64,000 nt of DNA from Thermoanaerobaculia bacterium (GCA_963816185.1 CAWFJJ010000024.1:1-64000), one strand, 5' to 3'. Numbered from the stretch's first letter, positions 23,062-37,212 are shown. Notes: a model not told the origin generated them from the letters alone. Program-made: numbers and translations.

Positions 23062-24618
23062 TTGGCGCGGGTGAACCACGTGGATCATTTCGAAGACCAA
23101 TTCCTAGGCGAGGGTCACGAGCCGCTCGGTGGACTTCCTTTCGACGAGGAAGGCGGCTTTTTTCACCCTGAGGAGGTGCATGACGGCGAAGATTTCGCCC
23201 ACGCGCATCCCGTCGAGGAATCGATTTACACCGACGACCCGGTTCGCGTGTATCTGCGCGAAATGGGCGCCGTGCCCCTGCTGACTCGCGAGGGCGAAGT
23301 TAATCTGGCCCGCCGCATGGAGCGGGGCAAGCTGCGGATGCAGAAGGCTATTAGCCGCTCCGCGCTGGTCCAGTTGCGGGCCGTCGAAATCGCCGATCAG
23401 ATCAAGCACGAGCCCGAGGAACTGGATACCTACGTGGATCTGGGGGATCTCGAGGAAGAGAGCCCCGCCTACAACAAGCGCCGCAACGAAGTTCGCGCGG
23501 ACTTGGCCGAGCTGGCGGTTCTGCACAAGAAGCTGGGGCAGGTATCCGACAAGCTGGATTCGGTTCCGCTCAGCAACAAGAAGCTGCGCCGCAAGTGGAT
23601 CGGCAAGATGAAGCGCGCCCGGGTGCAGGTTTCCCAGGCGATCCGGCATCTGCCCTACTACCTGTCGCAGTGGAAGGAATTCACCAAGGAAATCGAGAAG
23701 GTCGCGGAAGAGATGTCGCGCCTGGAAGCGGATCTGCGCAAGATCGAGGGACGTTCGAGCCAGACCGCGCAGACCAAGGCCCGGGAAATCCGGCGCGAAA
23801 TCCGCAAGCGCGAGGAAATCGCCGGGGCGAACCTGGGCGACCTCAAGCACACGCTCTCCGTGATCCGCCACGGCGAAATCGAAGCCGAGCGGGCCAAGAA
23901 AGATCTGGTCGAGGCCAACCTCCGCCTGGTGGTTTCCGTCGCCAAGAAGTACGTCAACCGCGGTCTGCACTTGCTGGATCTGATCCAGGAAGGCAACATC
24001 GGCCTGATGCGCGCCGCCGACAAGTTCGAATACCGGCGCGGCTACAAGTTTTCGACCTACGCCACCTGGTGGATCCGGCAGGCCATTACGCGCGCCATCG
24101 CCGACCAGTCGCGCACCATTCGTATTCCCGTTCACATGAACGAGAGCATGAACAAGTTCCTGCGCGCCACTCGCGAGCTGGAAAAAGAAATGGGCCGCGC
24201 GCCGTCGAACGACGAAATCAGCCGGCGCATGGACATTCCGGTGGAGAAGGTCCAGAAGCTGAAGACCATCTCGCGCGATCCGGTGTCGCTCGAAACTCCG
24301 GTCGGCCGCGACGGCGAATCCGCCCTGGGCGATCTGATCGAAGACCGCTGGGTGGGATCGCCGGTGGACGCCGTCATCGACACCAACGTTCGCGACGAGA
24401 CCGCCAACATCCTCAAGACGCTTTCTCCCAAGGAGGAGAAGGTGATCCGGCTGCGCTTCGGCATCGGCTGCGAGCGCGAGCATACGCTCGAAGAGATCGG
24501 CCAGGAGTTCGACGTCACGCGCGAACGTATCCGGCAGATCGAAGCCAAGGCGCTGCGGCAACTGCGGTCGCCGGAGCGGGCTCGGCACCTGCGGGCTGCT
24601 GCTGGCCGCGCGCGATAA
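23062..24618 (+). CDS. RpoD-like sigma-70 factor (probable paralogue)
   Basis: [12 protein letters not shown] (1.2), [36 protein letters not shown] and [24 protein letters not shown] (4.2). Confidence 0.92.
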   Translation: MARVNHVDHFEDQFLGEGHEPLGGLPFDEEGGFFHPEEVHDGEDFAHAHPVEESIYTDDPVRVYLREMGAVPLLTREGEVNLARRMERGKLRMQKAISRSALVQLRAVEIADQIKHEPEELDTYVDLGDLEEESPAYNKRRNEVRADLAELAVLHKKLGQVSDKLDSVPLSNKKLRRKWIGKMKRARVQVSQAIRHLPYYLSQWKEFTKEIEKVAEEMSRLEADLRKIEGRSSQTAQTKAREIRREIRKREEIAGANLGDLKHTLSVIRHGEIEAERAKKDLVEANLRLVVSVAKKYVNRGLHLLDLIQEGNIGLMRAADKFEYRRGYKFSTYATWWIRQAITRAIADQSRTIRIPVHMNESMNKFLRATRELEKEMGRAPSNDEISRRMDIPVEKVQKLKTISRDPVSLETPVGRDGESALGDLIEDRWVGSPVDAVIDTNVRDETANILKTLSPKEEKVIRLRFGIGCEREHTLEEIGQEFDVTRERIRQIEAKALRQLRSPERARHLRAAAGRAR

Positions 24619-24629
24619 CGCTTCCACAG

Positions 24630-25881
24630 TCAGTTCGCGACCCGCCAGGGCGAAAACTCCGTCCACGTCTTGAGCGACTTGTTGGCCCACTCCGCGGTCT
24701 CGCCGGTGTGACAGGACGTGCAGGAGTTGGGCATCTTCAGGCGATCGGCTTCCAACGGGGCGATGAACTTGAACGTGTGGCTGCGCACGTTGGTGGTGGT
24801 GAATTCCTGCTCGATCTTCGGCATGTGGCAGTTCACGCACTCGTTGCCCGGCGGATCCGGCGGGATGATGAGTGTGCTGCTCGATGCGTCGCCGGTGTGC
24901 GGGCCGTTCGGCGAATTCGGGCCGTGGCATTGCAGGCACAGCTCATTGGCTGGGCGGATCAGGTCGGCGTTGTTCTCCGTGCCGTGCACGTCATGGCAGG
25001 TGAAACAGGTGATGCCGCGGGTGTACATCAGGCTCTGGACGAAGTCATTGCCCTGCATGCGATTCTTATGTGCGGTTCCATCTGGGAAGTGAGTGAACGT
25101 CGTTTCGCCCAGCTTGTGATCTTCGAGCTTCCAGAAATCGCTTAGCTTCTTCGTCGCATCGTTCGTCACAGTGAAGCCGACCGGCCAGTCGTAGTATTTT
25201 CCCTGAATCGGATTCGCCAGCGGCTGGCCTTGGGAGTGGCATTGAATGCAGACGTCGACTCCGCGAGCGCCGAGGCGCGCCGGATTCACGATATTCGCGC
25301 GGGAAGGCCGGGCGACATGCAGGCTGCCCGGGCCGTGGCATTTTTCGCAGCCCACGTTCCATTCGGTGACGGTCTTGGTCTGGATGTTGTAGTTGACCGA
25401 GTGGCAGCCGTCGCACAGCGGGCCGGTGGGCCGCTGCATGTTGTCGGGAGGATAGTGAGCCGCCCACCAATCGGTGCCATTGGCGACCTGATATCGGCTC
25501 CAGCGTTGATTGGCCACGTCCCACTGCGCGGGCAAGGGAAAGTAATCGTCGCCGACCTTGGTGAAGTAGCGCTGCTTCCACTTGCTGCCGTAGACGAAGG
25601 CGATGGCGTCCTTGGTGAAGGTGACGATGGCCGGATCGGCCTTGCTGAGATCGGGAATGATCGCGTCCGGATGCTCCTTGGGATCGCGCACGACGTTCGC
25701 CATGCGGGTCTTCGTCCAGCGCTCGTAGGTCGAGGCGTGGCAGGTCTTGCAGGCGGCCGATCCGGTGTAGGTGGCCGTCTGCGCGGAGAGCGCCCCGGCG
25801 AATGCCGAATGCGAGAAAACCAATCACTCCGAGTGAGCGCCAGGATCTGGCGAGTTCTCTTGGAAATAGCATTTTGGACAT
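24630..25881 (-). CDS. Octaheme c-type cytochrome, exported (frameshift in leader)
   Basis: Eight CxxCH motifs: CKTCH, CDGCH, CEKCH, CIQCH, CFTCH, CLQCH, CVNCH, CTSCH. Confidence 0.9.
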
Positions 25882-25915
25882 ACCCCGTTAGAGATAAGTA
25901 TGGCAGGAATGAGGC

Positions 25916-26113
25916 ATGAAGAAATACGTTCGTGCGGTTCTGGACGACCTGAAATCGAAAGCCGGGAAGAAGCAAAATCCGGTGGTGCCGCAGGATCTGA
26001 ACAACCAGACTCTGTCCAAGGATCCGCAGCAAAAGGTCCGGCAACTCGACTATCAGGCGCAGAAGGACGAGGAGCGGAGACGCTTTCCTAGAATACCGGC
26101 GTTCCCGGCCTAG
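25916..26113 (+). CDS. Small basic hypothetical protein
   Basis: GAGG RBS, host-like codon usage, 65 aa; 3' end overlaps the anmK end. Confidence 0.55.
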   Translation: MKKYVRAVLDDLKSKAGKKQNPVVPQDLNNQTLSKDPQQKVRQLDYQAQKDEERRRFPRIPAFPA

Positions 26114-27223
26114 CAGCACGGCGCGGCGGGCGCCGGTGGCCGAAGGCAGGTTGCCGGGCCGGCTCATGACGAACTCGTGGGCGAGCAGGGCGAAGGCGAT
26201 GGCTTCTTTGGCGTCCGGGTCGATACCGTGGTCGGCGCTGGTCGACACGTTGAAACCCGGCAGAAGCTCGCGCAGGCGGCGCATGAGCCAGCGATTGTGA
26301 ACGCCGCCGCCGGAGGCGATGACTTCGCGCGCGTCACCTGCATCAGAACCGGAATACGCGTGATCGCCGAAGCGACGGAGCGCGCCGTGAACTCGGTGGC
26401 CGTGGCGATCAGAACGTCCAGCGCGAAGGCCGGTCGCGGCCAGGCCGCTGGCGAACTCCTGGCCGAACTGTTCGCGGCCGGTGGTCTTGGGCGGACGAAG
26501 CTTGAAATAGGGATCGGCCAGCATCGACGCGAGCATGCGATCGTGGACTTTGGCGCGGCGTGCGATGCGGCCGTCGCGGTCGTAAGTCTGGCGGCCTTCG
26601 GTCATGCGGGAAACCAGCGCGTCGATCACCATGTTGCCGGGGCCCGTGTCGAACGCCAGGACGTCGTCGCGCGTGGCGCCGCCCGGAATCACGGTGATGT
26701 TGGCGATGCCGCCGAGGTTCAGCGCGACGCGGCCGATGCGGCGATGGCGGAACAACAGGTAATCGGCAAGCGGCACCAGGGGAGCGCCATGCCCGCCGGC
26801 GGCGATATCGCGCTCGCGGAAATTGGAGATGGTCCACAGGCCGGTGCGCTCGGCCACGACCGAGGCGTCGCCGATCTGGAACGTGCTGGCGACGCGGCGG
26901 CCGAGATAGTTCACCGGCGCGCCTTCGTGAAAAATGGTCTGGCCGTGCAGGCCGCACAGCGAAATCGAGTGCAGGGGAACGCGCCGGCGGCGGCAGGTTT
27001 CGCGAACGGCTTCGGCGTAAAGCTCGCCCAGCAGGAAGTGCAGACGCGCGATGGCCGAGGTGTGGGTCATGGTGTTGGACACGCCCAGGATGGCCTCGCG
27101 CACGTTCTTGGGGTAGGGAACCGTGTGGAAGGCGACCGGCTCGATCTTCTTGCCGCGGATATCGACGATGGCGACGTCGATCCCGTCGAGCGAGGTGCCG
27201 CTCATGATGCCGGCGACTCGCAT
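26088..27223 (-). CDS. anmK: Anhydro-N-acetylmuramic acid kinase
   Basis: GIMSGTSLDGID, HGQT, GGHGAPLVP, LNLGGIAN, FDTGPGN and KEAIAFA motifs; ATGA-coupled to mutS. Confidence 0.95.
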
Positions 27224-29782
27224 CAATTCTTTAGTTCCTTTTGGAGTTCGGACAGGAGTTGGAGAGCCTCGATGGGACGGAGTTCGTCGAGATTCAGCGT
27301 CGCGGATGCGGGCGGCGAGCTGATGATTGACGGGCTCGAACAACTGGATCTGCATGGGCGCGGAAGGCGGGGCTAATTCTTCCGTAACGGCGGATTCGTG
27401 GTGCGCCAGGATCTCGCGGGCGCGCTCGATCACGCTCATCGGCAGGGCGGCCAGGCGCGCGACTTCGATGCCGTAGCTGCGGTCGGCTGCGCCCGGTTCG
27501 ACGCGGCGCAGGAACAGGATCTGGTCGCCGGCTTCTTTCACCGACACATGCAGATTGCGGACGCCTTCGAGCTGGCCCGCGAGCTCGGTCAGCTCGTGAT
27601 AGTGCGTGGCGAATAGCGTTTTCGCGCGGATGTGGCGATGGATGTGTTCGACCACGGCCCAGGCCAGCGCGAGCCCGTCATAGGTCGAAGTGCCGCGGCC
27701 GATTTCGTCCAGCACGATCAGGCTGCGCGCCGTGGCGGTGTTGAGGATGACGGCGGTCTCGGTCATTTCGACCATGAACGTAGATCGGCCGCGCGCGAGA
27801 TTGTCCGCAGCGCCGATGCGCGTGAACACGCGGTCGACGATCGGCATCAGTGCGGATTCGGCGGGGAGGAACGATCCCATCTGGGCGAGAATCGCAAGCA
27901 GCGCGGCCTGGCGTAGGTAGGTCGACTTACCACCCATATTGGGGCCGGTGATCACGGCGATAAATTCGGTGTCGGGATGGAAGTAGAGATCGTTGGGGAT
28001 GAATCGCTGGGCGTCTTTTTCGGCCAGCTTCTCGATAACGGGATGGCGGCCGGCGACGACGCGCATTTCGCCCGATGTCAGAGAAGCGCGGGCGCACGTA
28101 GCGGCTTTCCGCGGCGACTTCGGCGAGAGCGACAGCGACGTCCATCTCAGCGACGGCAGCCGCCGTGGCTTTGATGCGTGCGGCATGTGACGAAGCCAGC
28201 AGGCGAAGCTGCTCGAAGATCTCGCGCTCGATGGCGAGCGATCGTTCTTCGGCTTCCAGAATCTTGACTTCGAGTTCCTTGAGTTCCGGAGTGGTGAACC
28301 GCTCGGCGTTGACCAGGGTCTGCTTGCGCTGGTAATCCGGCGGCGCCAGATGCAGGTTGGACTTCGAGATTTCGATGTAGTAGCCGAAGACGTTGTTGAA
28401 GCGGACCTTGAGCGATGCGATGCCGGTGCGAGTGCGCTCGCGCTGCTCGATTTGCACGAGGTATGTCCGGCTGTTTTGGGAGATATCGCGCAGCTCGTCG
28501 AGGCGCGGCGTCGAAACCGGAGCGGATGGTCCCGCCGTCGGAGAGATTCGCGGGCGGCTCTTCGGCGATGGCGGCGAGGACGCGATCGCGGACTTCGGGA
28601 ATCGGGTCGAGCCGTCCTTGGATGTCTCGCAGCAGCGCCGCGCTGACGGGCATGTGCTGAAAGGGACGGGATCACGGCGAGAGAGCGCGCTAAAGCAAGC
28701 AGGTCGCGAGGGCCGGCGGACGAGAGCGAGATCTTCGCCAGCAGCCGCTCCAGATCGAGAATGGATTCGAGATGCTTGCTCAGGTCCGCGCGCAAGATCG
28801 GGGCGCCGCACAGCTCCTGAACGGTGTCAAGTCGTCCTTCGATCTCGGCCACATCGATCGACGGCGCGAGCAGGCGGCGGCGAAGCAGGCGGCCGCCCAT
28901 GCCGGTGCGGGTGCGGTCGAGCACGTGGAGCAGCGTCGATTCCTTGGACTCGCCCGCGAACAGCGGCTCGACCAGTTCCAGATTGCGGACGGTAGTCGCA
29001 TCGAGAATGAGCGCGTCAGCGCGGTTATAAAAAGCCGGCCGCTCCAGGTGATCGAGCGCGGTGCGCTGGGTATCGCGGAGATAGTGCAGGATCGCGGCGG
29101 CGGCGCCGGTTGCCAACGGATGGGACTCGAGGCCGCAGCCGTCGAGCGCGAGCAAATGGAAGTGATCGCACAGGCTGCGCGCGGCGTAATCGGGCGCGAA
29201 GACCCAGGCGTCCACATTGGTTTTGAGGCAGGGAAGGGAATCGGCCGATCCTTCAGGAACGAGCGCTTCGCGTGCGTTCAAAGTTTCAAGCGCCGCGCGA
29301 ATCTCGGCGGCGTCGATCTCGGTGGCGCGAAACTCGCCGGTGGAGATATCGACGTGCGCGATGCCCGCTCGCCCATTCGACGACATCACGGCCGCCAGGT
29401 AGTTATTCTCGTGCGAGCGCAGCACCTGCGCGTTCATCGCGGTGCCGGGCGTGACGATGCGGGTGACCTCGCGCCTGACAAGCTTGGTGGCGGCGCTGGG
29501 AACTTCCATCTGATCGCAGATGGCGACGCGGTAGCCCTTCTGGATCAGGCGCGCGATGTAGTTTTCGGAGGCGTGATACGGCACGCCGCACATCGGAATC
29601 GGCTGGCCCTTTTCCTTGTTGCGCGCGGTGAGCGTGATTTCGAGCTCGCGGGCGGCGGTGACGGCGTCGTCGTAGAACAGCTCGTAGAAGTCGCCGAGCC
29701 GGAACATCAGCAGCGTGTTCGGCACCTGCTGCTTGATGCCGTGGTATTGCCGCATGAGTGGAGTGGAGGCGTCGGCGGACAT
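27223..29782 (-). CDS. mutS: DNA mismatch repair protein MutS (frameshifted)
   Basis: TPLMRQY, FRLGDFYELF, TGPNMGGKSTY, STFMVEM, DEIGRGT, FATHYHEL and SYGIEVA motifs. Confidence 0.97.
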
Positions 29783-29805
29783 CGGGAAGTTCAATTATAA
29801 GAGGC

Positions 29806-29832
29806 GACAGGCGACGAGATCGCCTGTCCTAC
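29806..29832 (-). repeat. GTAG-tagged REP hairpin
   Basis: Minus strand GTAG-GACAGGCGA-TCTCG-TCGCCTGTC, perfect 9-bp stem. Confidence 0.7.
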
Positions 29833-30562
29833 TACTTCTTAGCGTCCAACGACCTTAACGACTTTGGCGGTCTCCGCTTCGACGGCCTGGAGGTGTTCCG
29901 TGACTTCGTCCCAGCGGTGATCGAGCATGGAGCCCGCGGCGAGGCCGAAGAGCAGCTGGAACCGGTCGACGGCGGCGGCTGTGTCGGCGTTGAGTGTCGC
30001 GCCTTGCGTCGCCAGTCTGCGCGTTCATTTCCATGGAACTCTTCCAAGCGGACGCCGCACGTTTGGCATCCACGGTGTAGCGAGCCTGCAGGTCGCTGAA
30101 GGTTTCCTTGTCGGCTGCGGCGACGTTCGGGACATCGGGCGGCTGCATGGCGAAAGGCGGGTCGGTGTTAATCGGCGCAGGCACCGGATCGAAGACGAGA
30201 GGCTCCGGCTGGCCGCCGGCCCAGGCGCAGGGAAACGCCGAGATCCGGCCGAAATGCGTCCCAGCGACGCGCGCATTTGCGGATCGCGCGTGTAGGTATT
30301 CATGGTGGCGACGTACGCCGCCATGCTGCGGACCATCTGGCGATTGGCCTCGTAGTCGCCGGGAGTGAGTGCGGAGCAATACGCTCCCGCGCCGCCCAGA
30401 TACGTTTCGAAGCGGCCCAGATCGTCGGAGGTAACTCTGTTGGGCTGCTGGCCCAGCATGCCGCCGAGGTTGCCTCGCCACAAAGATCCGGTCCCAAACT
30501 GCGCCGGGAAACGCGACACGTCGCCAAAGCAAAAGACAAGTGCGAGGCGCATCACTTCGCAT
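29832..30562 (-). CDS. Hypothetical secreted helical protein (frameshifted), probably co-transcribed with the CsgG-like genes
   Basis: ORF pieces 29855..30562 and 29832..30047, 6 bp downstream of the CsgG-like gene. Confidence 0.55.
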
Positions 30563-30568
30563 GGCTCG

Positions 30569-31544
30569 TTACTTGCGAACGACATCTCCGACCACAGGAG
30601 CGGGGCCGCCCGACGCGGCGAACGTTCCAGTGGAGATGCGATCGCGAACGTTGGTGATGGTGAGCGTGCCAATCGGCGTAGTCTGCACGTCCAGCACTTC
30701 ACCCGTCTTGGGATCCTTGATTTCCTTGCCCTTGTGATAGATGGTGAAGGTCTGGCCTTTGGCGAGACCCGCTGCGCTTCCGGCATTGATCGTGATGTTG
30801 GCGCCGTCCACATCCGCGACGATGGCGTCCAGGTCGTCTGTCGCGGCTGCCCGCGCTGCCCGTTGTAGGTCCTGCGGCGATCTGTTGAGAGAGCTTGTTC
30901 ACGGCGTCCATGGTGGCCTCACCGATAATCGTTTCGGCAAAGTTCGAGCTGGTCATGTTGAACCCTCCGCCAGCTCCTATGCCGCCGGCGAACATCGCCG
31001 CGCCGAAACCCTTGCTGGTGCGTTTGGATTCGCCGCGAGCCTCGCCGGTGCCCACGATCTCACTGGTCTCCTCATCGACCAAGCGGTAGTCGATGACGAC
31101 GACAGCCTTGGCCTCGCCTTTAGATCCGCCGATGACGCCACCTGCGCCGCCGACGATCGCGCCCACGCCCGCGCTGGTCTTGCGGTCGTCACGCCCGAAC
31201 ACGACGATATCGCCCATCAGGGTGAGATCCGCGCCGCGAATCTGGCCAACGCGCGCGCCGGTGCCTTGCTTCACGCGATTGCTGGCGTTGAAATCCTGCT
31301 CCTTTGTGACGTTTGCGATCTTGCGGCGTTCCACCACGGTAAACTTGCCGTCCTGCGTGACGCGCGTAGTCAGCATGGCAGCGATGCCAGTGCCGATGTT
31401 CTGCTGCGTGCCAAAGATGGCCTGCACGCCGGTCATTACGGTGGAATAATCGAAGGGCTCGATAATAAGCGCCTTCTTGGTCTGCGCGGAAGCCAGCGTG
31501 GCAGATGCGGCCAACAGGCTTACCAGGAGTTTTCGGTTCGTCAT
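30569..31544 (-). CDS. CsgG/HfaB-family protein with FlgT-like C-terminal domain (frameshifted)
   Basis: FTVVERRKI..V.KEQ, GADLTLMGDI, IDYRLVDEETSEIV and INAGS..G..DPKTGEVL motifs; AxA signal peptide. Confidence 0.85.
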
Positions 31545-31564
31545 ATTTGCCTCTCTGTTTGGAT

Positions 31565-32933
31565 TTACTGGGCTATCTTCTTACGCGCCATGAAGCCGAC
31601 CTTCGCGGGCGATCCCGTATAAGTTCCGGTCGCGACTTTATCACGCACGCTGGTGATGGTCATCTCGCCGGTTTTCTCGGTCACCACATCCAGCGTTTCC
31701 TTGGTTACCGGATCCTTGACTTCCCGGACGATGTTGAGGACCTCGAATATCTCGCCGACGTTGACGCCGTCGTTCGAGCCTACGTTAAGCACAAGGGTCT
31801 TTCCGGAGACGTCGGCTACGCGGCCTTCCACTTCGCGGACCGCCTTCTTCATATTGGCGGTCTGCTCCAGGAGAATATCCGCGAGTTTGTTGACGCAATC
31901 CTGAGTAGCCTCGCCGATGATGGTCTGGGCGAAATTGGAGCTGGTCATATCGACCTGAACGCCGGCGACGCCCTTTCCGAGCACTCCGCCGATCGCGCCG
32001 AGAGCGTTGCCCTTGCGGACGGATTCGCCTTTGGCCTCTCCCGTGGCGATGATTTCGGAAGTCTCGGCGTCGATCAGCCGGTAATCGATGACGACTACAG
32101 CCTTGTCCTCATTCTTGCTGGAGGCGATTCCGCCGATCACGCCGCCGATCAGGCCGCCGCCCTTGACGCTCTTCTTTTTGTCATCCCGGCCGAAGACTAC
32201 AATGTCGCCGGAGAGCATGGCGTCCGCGCCAGAGATCTGGCCGACGCGCGCGCCGGTGCCTTGCTTCACCCGGTTGCTCGCGTTAAAGTCCTGCTCTTTG
32301 GTGATCGTCGCAATCTTGGCGCGCTCCACGATCACCACCTTGTTGGCTTGAGCCAGCCGCGTGACCAGCATGGCGCGGATGCCTTTCCCGATGTCCTGTT
32401 GCGTGTTGAACACGGACTGCACCGCGGTCTTCACCGTGGAATAGTCGAATTCGTCGACGATCACGCGTTTCTTCTCAGCTTGCGTGGTCGCGGCCGAGGG
32501 AGCCGGGGCGGGGGCAGCCGCCGCTACCGGTTCAGGAGCGGGAGCCGGTGCGGGAGTTGCCGCCGCGACTGGCGCTGGAGCAGGCGCCGCCGGAGCCGCG
32601 GCGGCGGCCGGGGCGCTGGCCGGATCGAGCATCACATTGATGATGTTCTCCGACACGCCGGCGTTCTTTAGTTTCACCAGGTCGGCAGTTGTGAGGTTGG
32701 CCGGCTTGTTGTCCCTCTTCAGGGTTCGGATGATCAGGCTTTCGGATAATCCGGCCTTGACCGATTCAATGACCGAATCGACCGGCGATGCGGCCGCTTT
32801 CGCGGGAGCGGCTTTCGTCGCCGCTTTGGGAGCCGCTTTAGGGGCGGCCGCGGGAGCCGGAGTCTGGCCCAGGCCATACCCACCACAAAGCTCACCAATA
32901 CAACTAGACCAACCACGTGAACTTGAATTTCAT
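31565..32933 (-). CDS. CsgG/HfaB-family protein with Ala/Pro-rich N-terminal region and FlgT-like C-terminal domain (frameshifted)
   Basis: Close paralogue of the downstream gene (KEQDFNASNRVKQGTGARVGQI shared); IDYRLIDAETSEI and DPVTKETL motifs. Confidence 0.85.
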
Positions 32934-33177
32934 GTAGATCCCTCCCTGCTCTACGAATGAGGAACTGCAACAAGCGATCGCCCATCCGATCGCTTATCTT
33001 CTTAAGATCACTTAAGGATACTTGGCCCTAGTATGTCGATCCTGGAAGATCCGTGTCAAGGGCGTCATCCATGTGTCGGCCGGAACTCACAGGGTATAGA
33101 TCGGCAATGAGCGCGCGCACCATTAATCGCGGTCGCGCCAACTAAATAAATGCTAAAATCGCGTCGGCGGCTATGCG

Positions 33178-34194
33178 ATGATGCGCCCCAACCTCGGGCT
33201 ATTGCTGGGCGTTTCCCTAATGGCCGTAGGACCGCTTTGGGCACAATTAGCCCCCTCGCGCGTGAAGCCTCCCAAGAAGGAAAAAGAACTCGATACGCAG
33301 ACGCTTCCGCTTCCGCCCGAGCCTCCGGTCGCGGTGATGGCGGAAACCGCCAAGCTGGCGTTTAGCATCTCGCCTCTTTCGGCGAAAGGCCTGCTGACGC
33401 AGCAGGTGCACGATGCGCTCAAGGCCTTGGATCGCGCCAATGGAGGCTCGACGTTCGTAAAGCTGCGGGCGTTTGTCGCGGGTACCGGAGATATGCGCCG
33501 CGTGGCGACCATCGTGGCCGAGGAGTTTTCGGCTAAGAAAATGCCACTGCCCGTGGTGACGACGGTCCAGGTAGGCGCGCTGCCGATGGCCGGCGCGCAG
33601 GTGGTGATCGAGAGTGTCAGTGCCGAGAAGAATGACAAGAAGACGCTCAATCCCGATGGCCTGGCATTCTTTTCGGCTCAGCATGTCCCGGAGTTGGAGG
33701 CGTCGGCTAAGTCGCAGGACGCGGTCATGGTGCAGGTCACCTGCTTCGTGGGGGACCTCGCTCAGGTGGATAGCGCGCGGGCGGCGGTAACAGCGGCGTT
33801 CCCAGGGGCAGCCGCGAACTTCGTTCAACTTACGCGGCTGGCAGTCGAGCCGGGGATTTCATGCGAAGGGGTCGGTCGCCTCCAGAAGCCGGGCAAAAGT
33901 CCGGCGAAGCTGGTGTTCACCGGCACACAAATGGCGTTCCAGGATACGGACCAGGACCTCCGTTTGGCCTATGGCCGTCTGGGGCGGGCGTTGGAAACGA
34001 TGAAAGCGGCGTACTCCGGCACCCTGATGTTGAGCGTTTATTCGCTGAACGCAGCCACGGCGAAGAAAGCCACGGCCTTGGCGCCCGAATTCCTGGGTCC
34101 TTCCGCGCGCCCGGTGGGATCCACGCTAATCGTGGAAGGATTGCCCTCCCTGGACGCCACCGTGGCGATCGAGCTGGTGGCGGCGGCCCCTTGA
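33178..34194 (+). CDS. Exported protein with tandem RidA/YjgF-like modules
   Basis: Signal peptide; VQVGALP..AQVVIE and [14 protein letters not shown] RidA-type C-terminal strands; intact ORF. Confidence 0.75.
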   Translation: MMRPNLGLLLGVSLMAVGPLWAQLAPSRVKPPKKEKELDTQTLPLPPEPPVAVMAETAKLAFSISPLSAKGLLTQQVHDALKALDRANGGSTFVKLRAFVAGTGDMRRVATIVAEEFSAKKMPLPVVTTVQVGALPMAGAQVVIESVSAEKNDKKTLNPDGLAFFSAQHVPELEASAKSQDAVMVQVTCFVGDLAQVDSARAAVTAAFPGAAANFVQLTRLAVEPGISCEGVGRLQKPGKSPAKLVFTGTQMAFQDTDQDLRLAYGRLGRALETMKAAYSGTLMLSVYSLNAATAKKATALAPEFLGPSARPVGSTLIVEGLPSLDATVAIELVAAAP

Positions 34195-34219
34195 CTCTGT
34201 ACGGTGTAAGTGTTACGTT
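34191..34219 (+). promoter_or_regulatory. Sigma70-type promoter for the iorAB-like operon
   Basis: TTGACT-17 bp-TACGTT with an extended TG. Confidence 0.55.
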
Positions 34220-34315
34220 CTATTGAGATTTGCGGATCAGACCGATTATCTCAACGGATGTATTCCGCAGCCGGACTCGGCCCCTGAGAGCCCGGTAGAA
34301 TCTGGAGTCAACGAC

Positions 34316-34816
34316 ATGGCATATACGATCAAAGTGAACGGGCAGTCCAAGACTGTTGATGTGCCCGCGGATACGCCCCTATTATGGGTACTCCGAGACG
34401 TTCTTGACATGAAAGGCACCAAGTTCGGCTGCGGCGCCGGGCTGTGCGGGGCCTGCACGGTCCACGTGAACGGCAAAGCGGTCCGCTCTTGCCAGACACA
34501 GGTGGGCACCGTGAAAGATCCGGTGACGACCATCGAAGGGCTGTCCGTCGACGGAACGCATCCAGTGCAGAAAGCCTGGATGGAAGTGGACGTCCCGCAA
34601 TGCGGCTACTGTCAAGCCGGTCAAATGATGTCGGCTTCGGCGCTGCTCGCGACCAAGCCCCAGCCCACCGACAAAGACATTGACTCCGCCATGTACGGCA
34701 ACCTGTGCCGTTGCGGAACGTATCTCAGAATTCGCCAGGCGATTCATCGCGCGGCGCAGCTCGCCTCGGCCCGTCCGGGTGCGACCTCCGGCGGCGGCGC
34801 TGGAAGGGCAAGGTAA
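34316..34816 (+). CDS. (2Fe-2S)-binding subunit, isoquinoline 1-oxidoreductase alpha-like
   Basis: [24 protein letters not shown] and NLCRCG motifs; GGAG RBS. Confidence 0.95.
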   Translation: MAYTIKVNGQSKTVDVPADTPLLWVLRDVLDMKGTKFGCGAGLCGACTVHVNGKAVRSCQTQVGTVKDPVTTIEGLSVDGTHPVQKAWMEVDVPQCGYCQAGQMMSASALLATKPQPTDKDIDSAMYGNLCRCGTYLRIRQAIHRAAQLASARPGATSGGGAGRAR

Positions 34817-34828
34817 GGGAGAACGATC

Positions 34829-37164
<2,336 letters not shown>

Positions 37165-37212
37165 GTCATTCGGCAGTCGCAAGATAGAATAAGCCGGATA
37201 GAATAAGATAGA

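Noticed and set aside
23104-24939. Long antisense and alternate-frame ORFs (also 61432..63372, 56030..57457, 52648..53868 and the 5' part of 55798..58629)
   Set aside because: Shadow ORFs of high-GC coding genes, with no motifs and Arg/Ala/Gly-rich composition.
27223-29782. Broken mutS as the cause of a mutator genome with mass pseudogenisation
   Set aside because: Core genes are hit equally, the lesions look like indels with motifs intact on both sides, and they stop abruptly at about 49.8 kb; sequencing error is simpler.
25286-29794. 1502-aa ORF suggesting a MutS-AnmK fusion
   Set aside because: An ATGA stop/start overlap exists at 27221-27225 and the ORF contains out-of-frame stretches, so the read-through is explained by indel errors.
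30569-32933. Curli biogenesis operon
   Set aside because: No curlin-repeat genes and no csgE/F nearby.
34220-34315. Moco riboswitch upstream of the molybdoenzyme
   Set aside because: Only a short TTGAGAT/ATCTCAA stem; I could not match the conserved Moco RNA elements by eye (an Rfam scan would decide).
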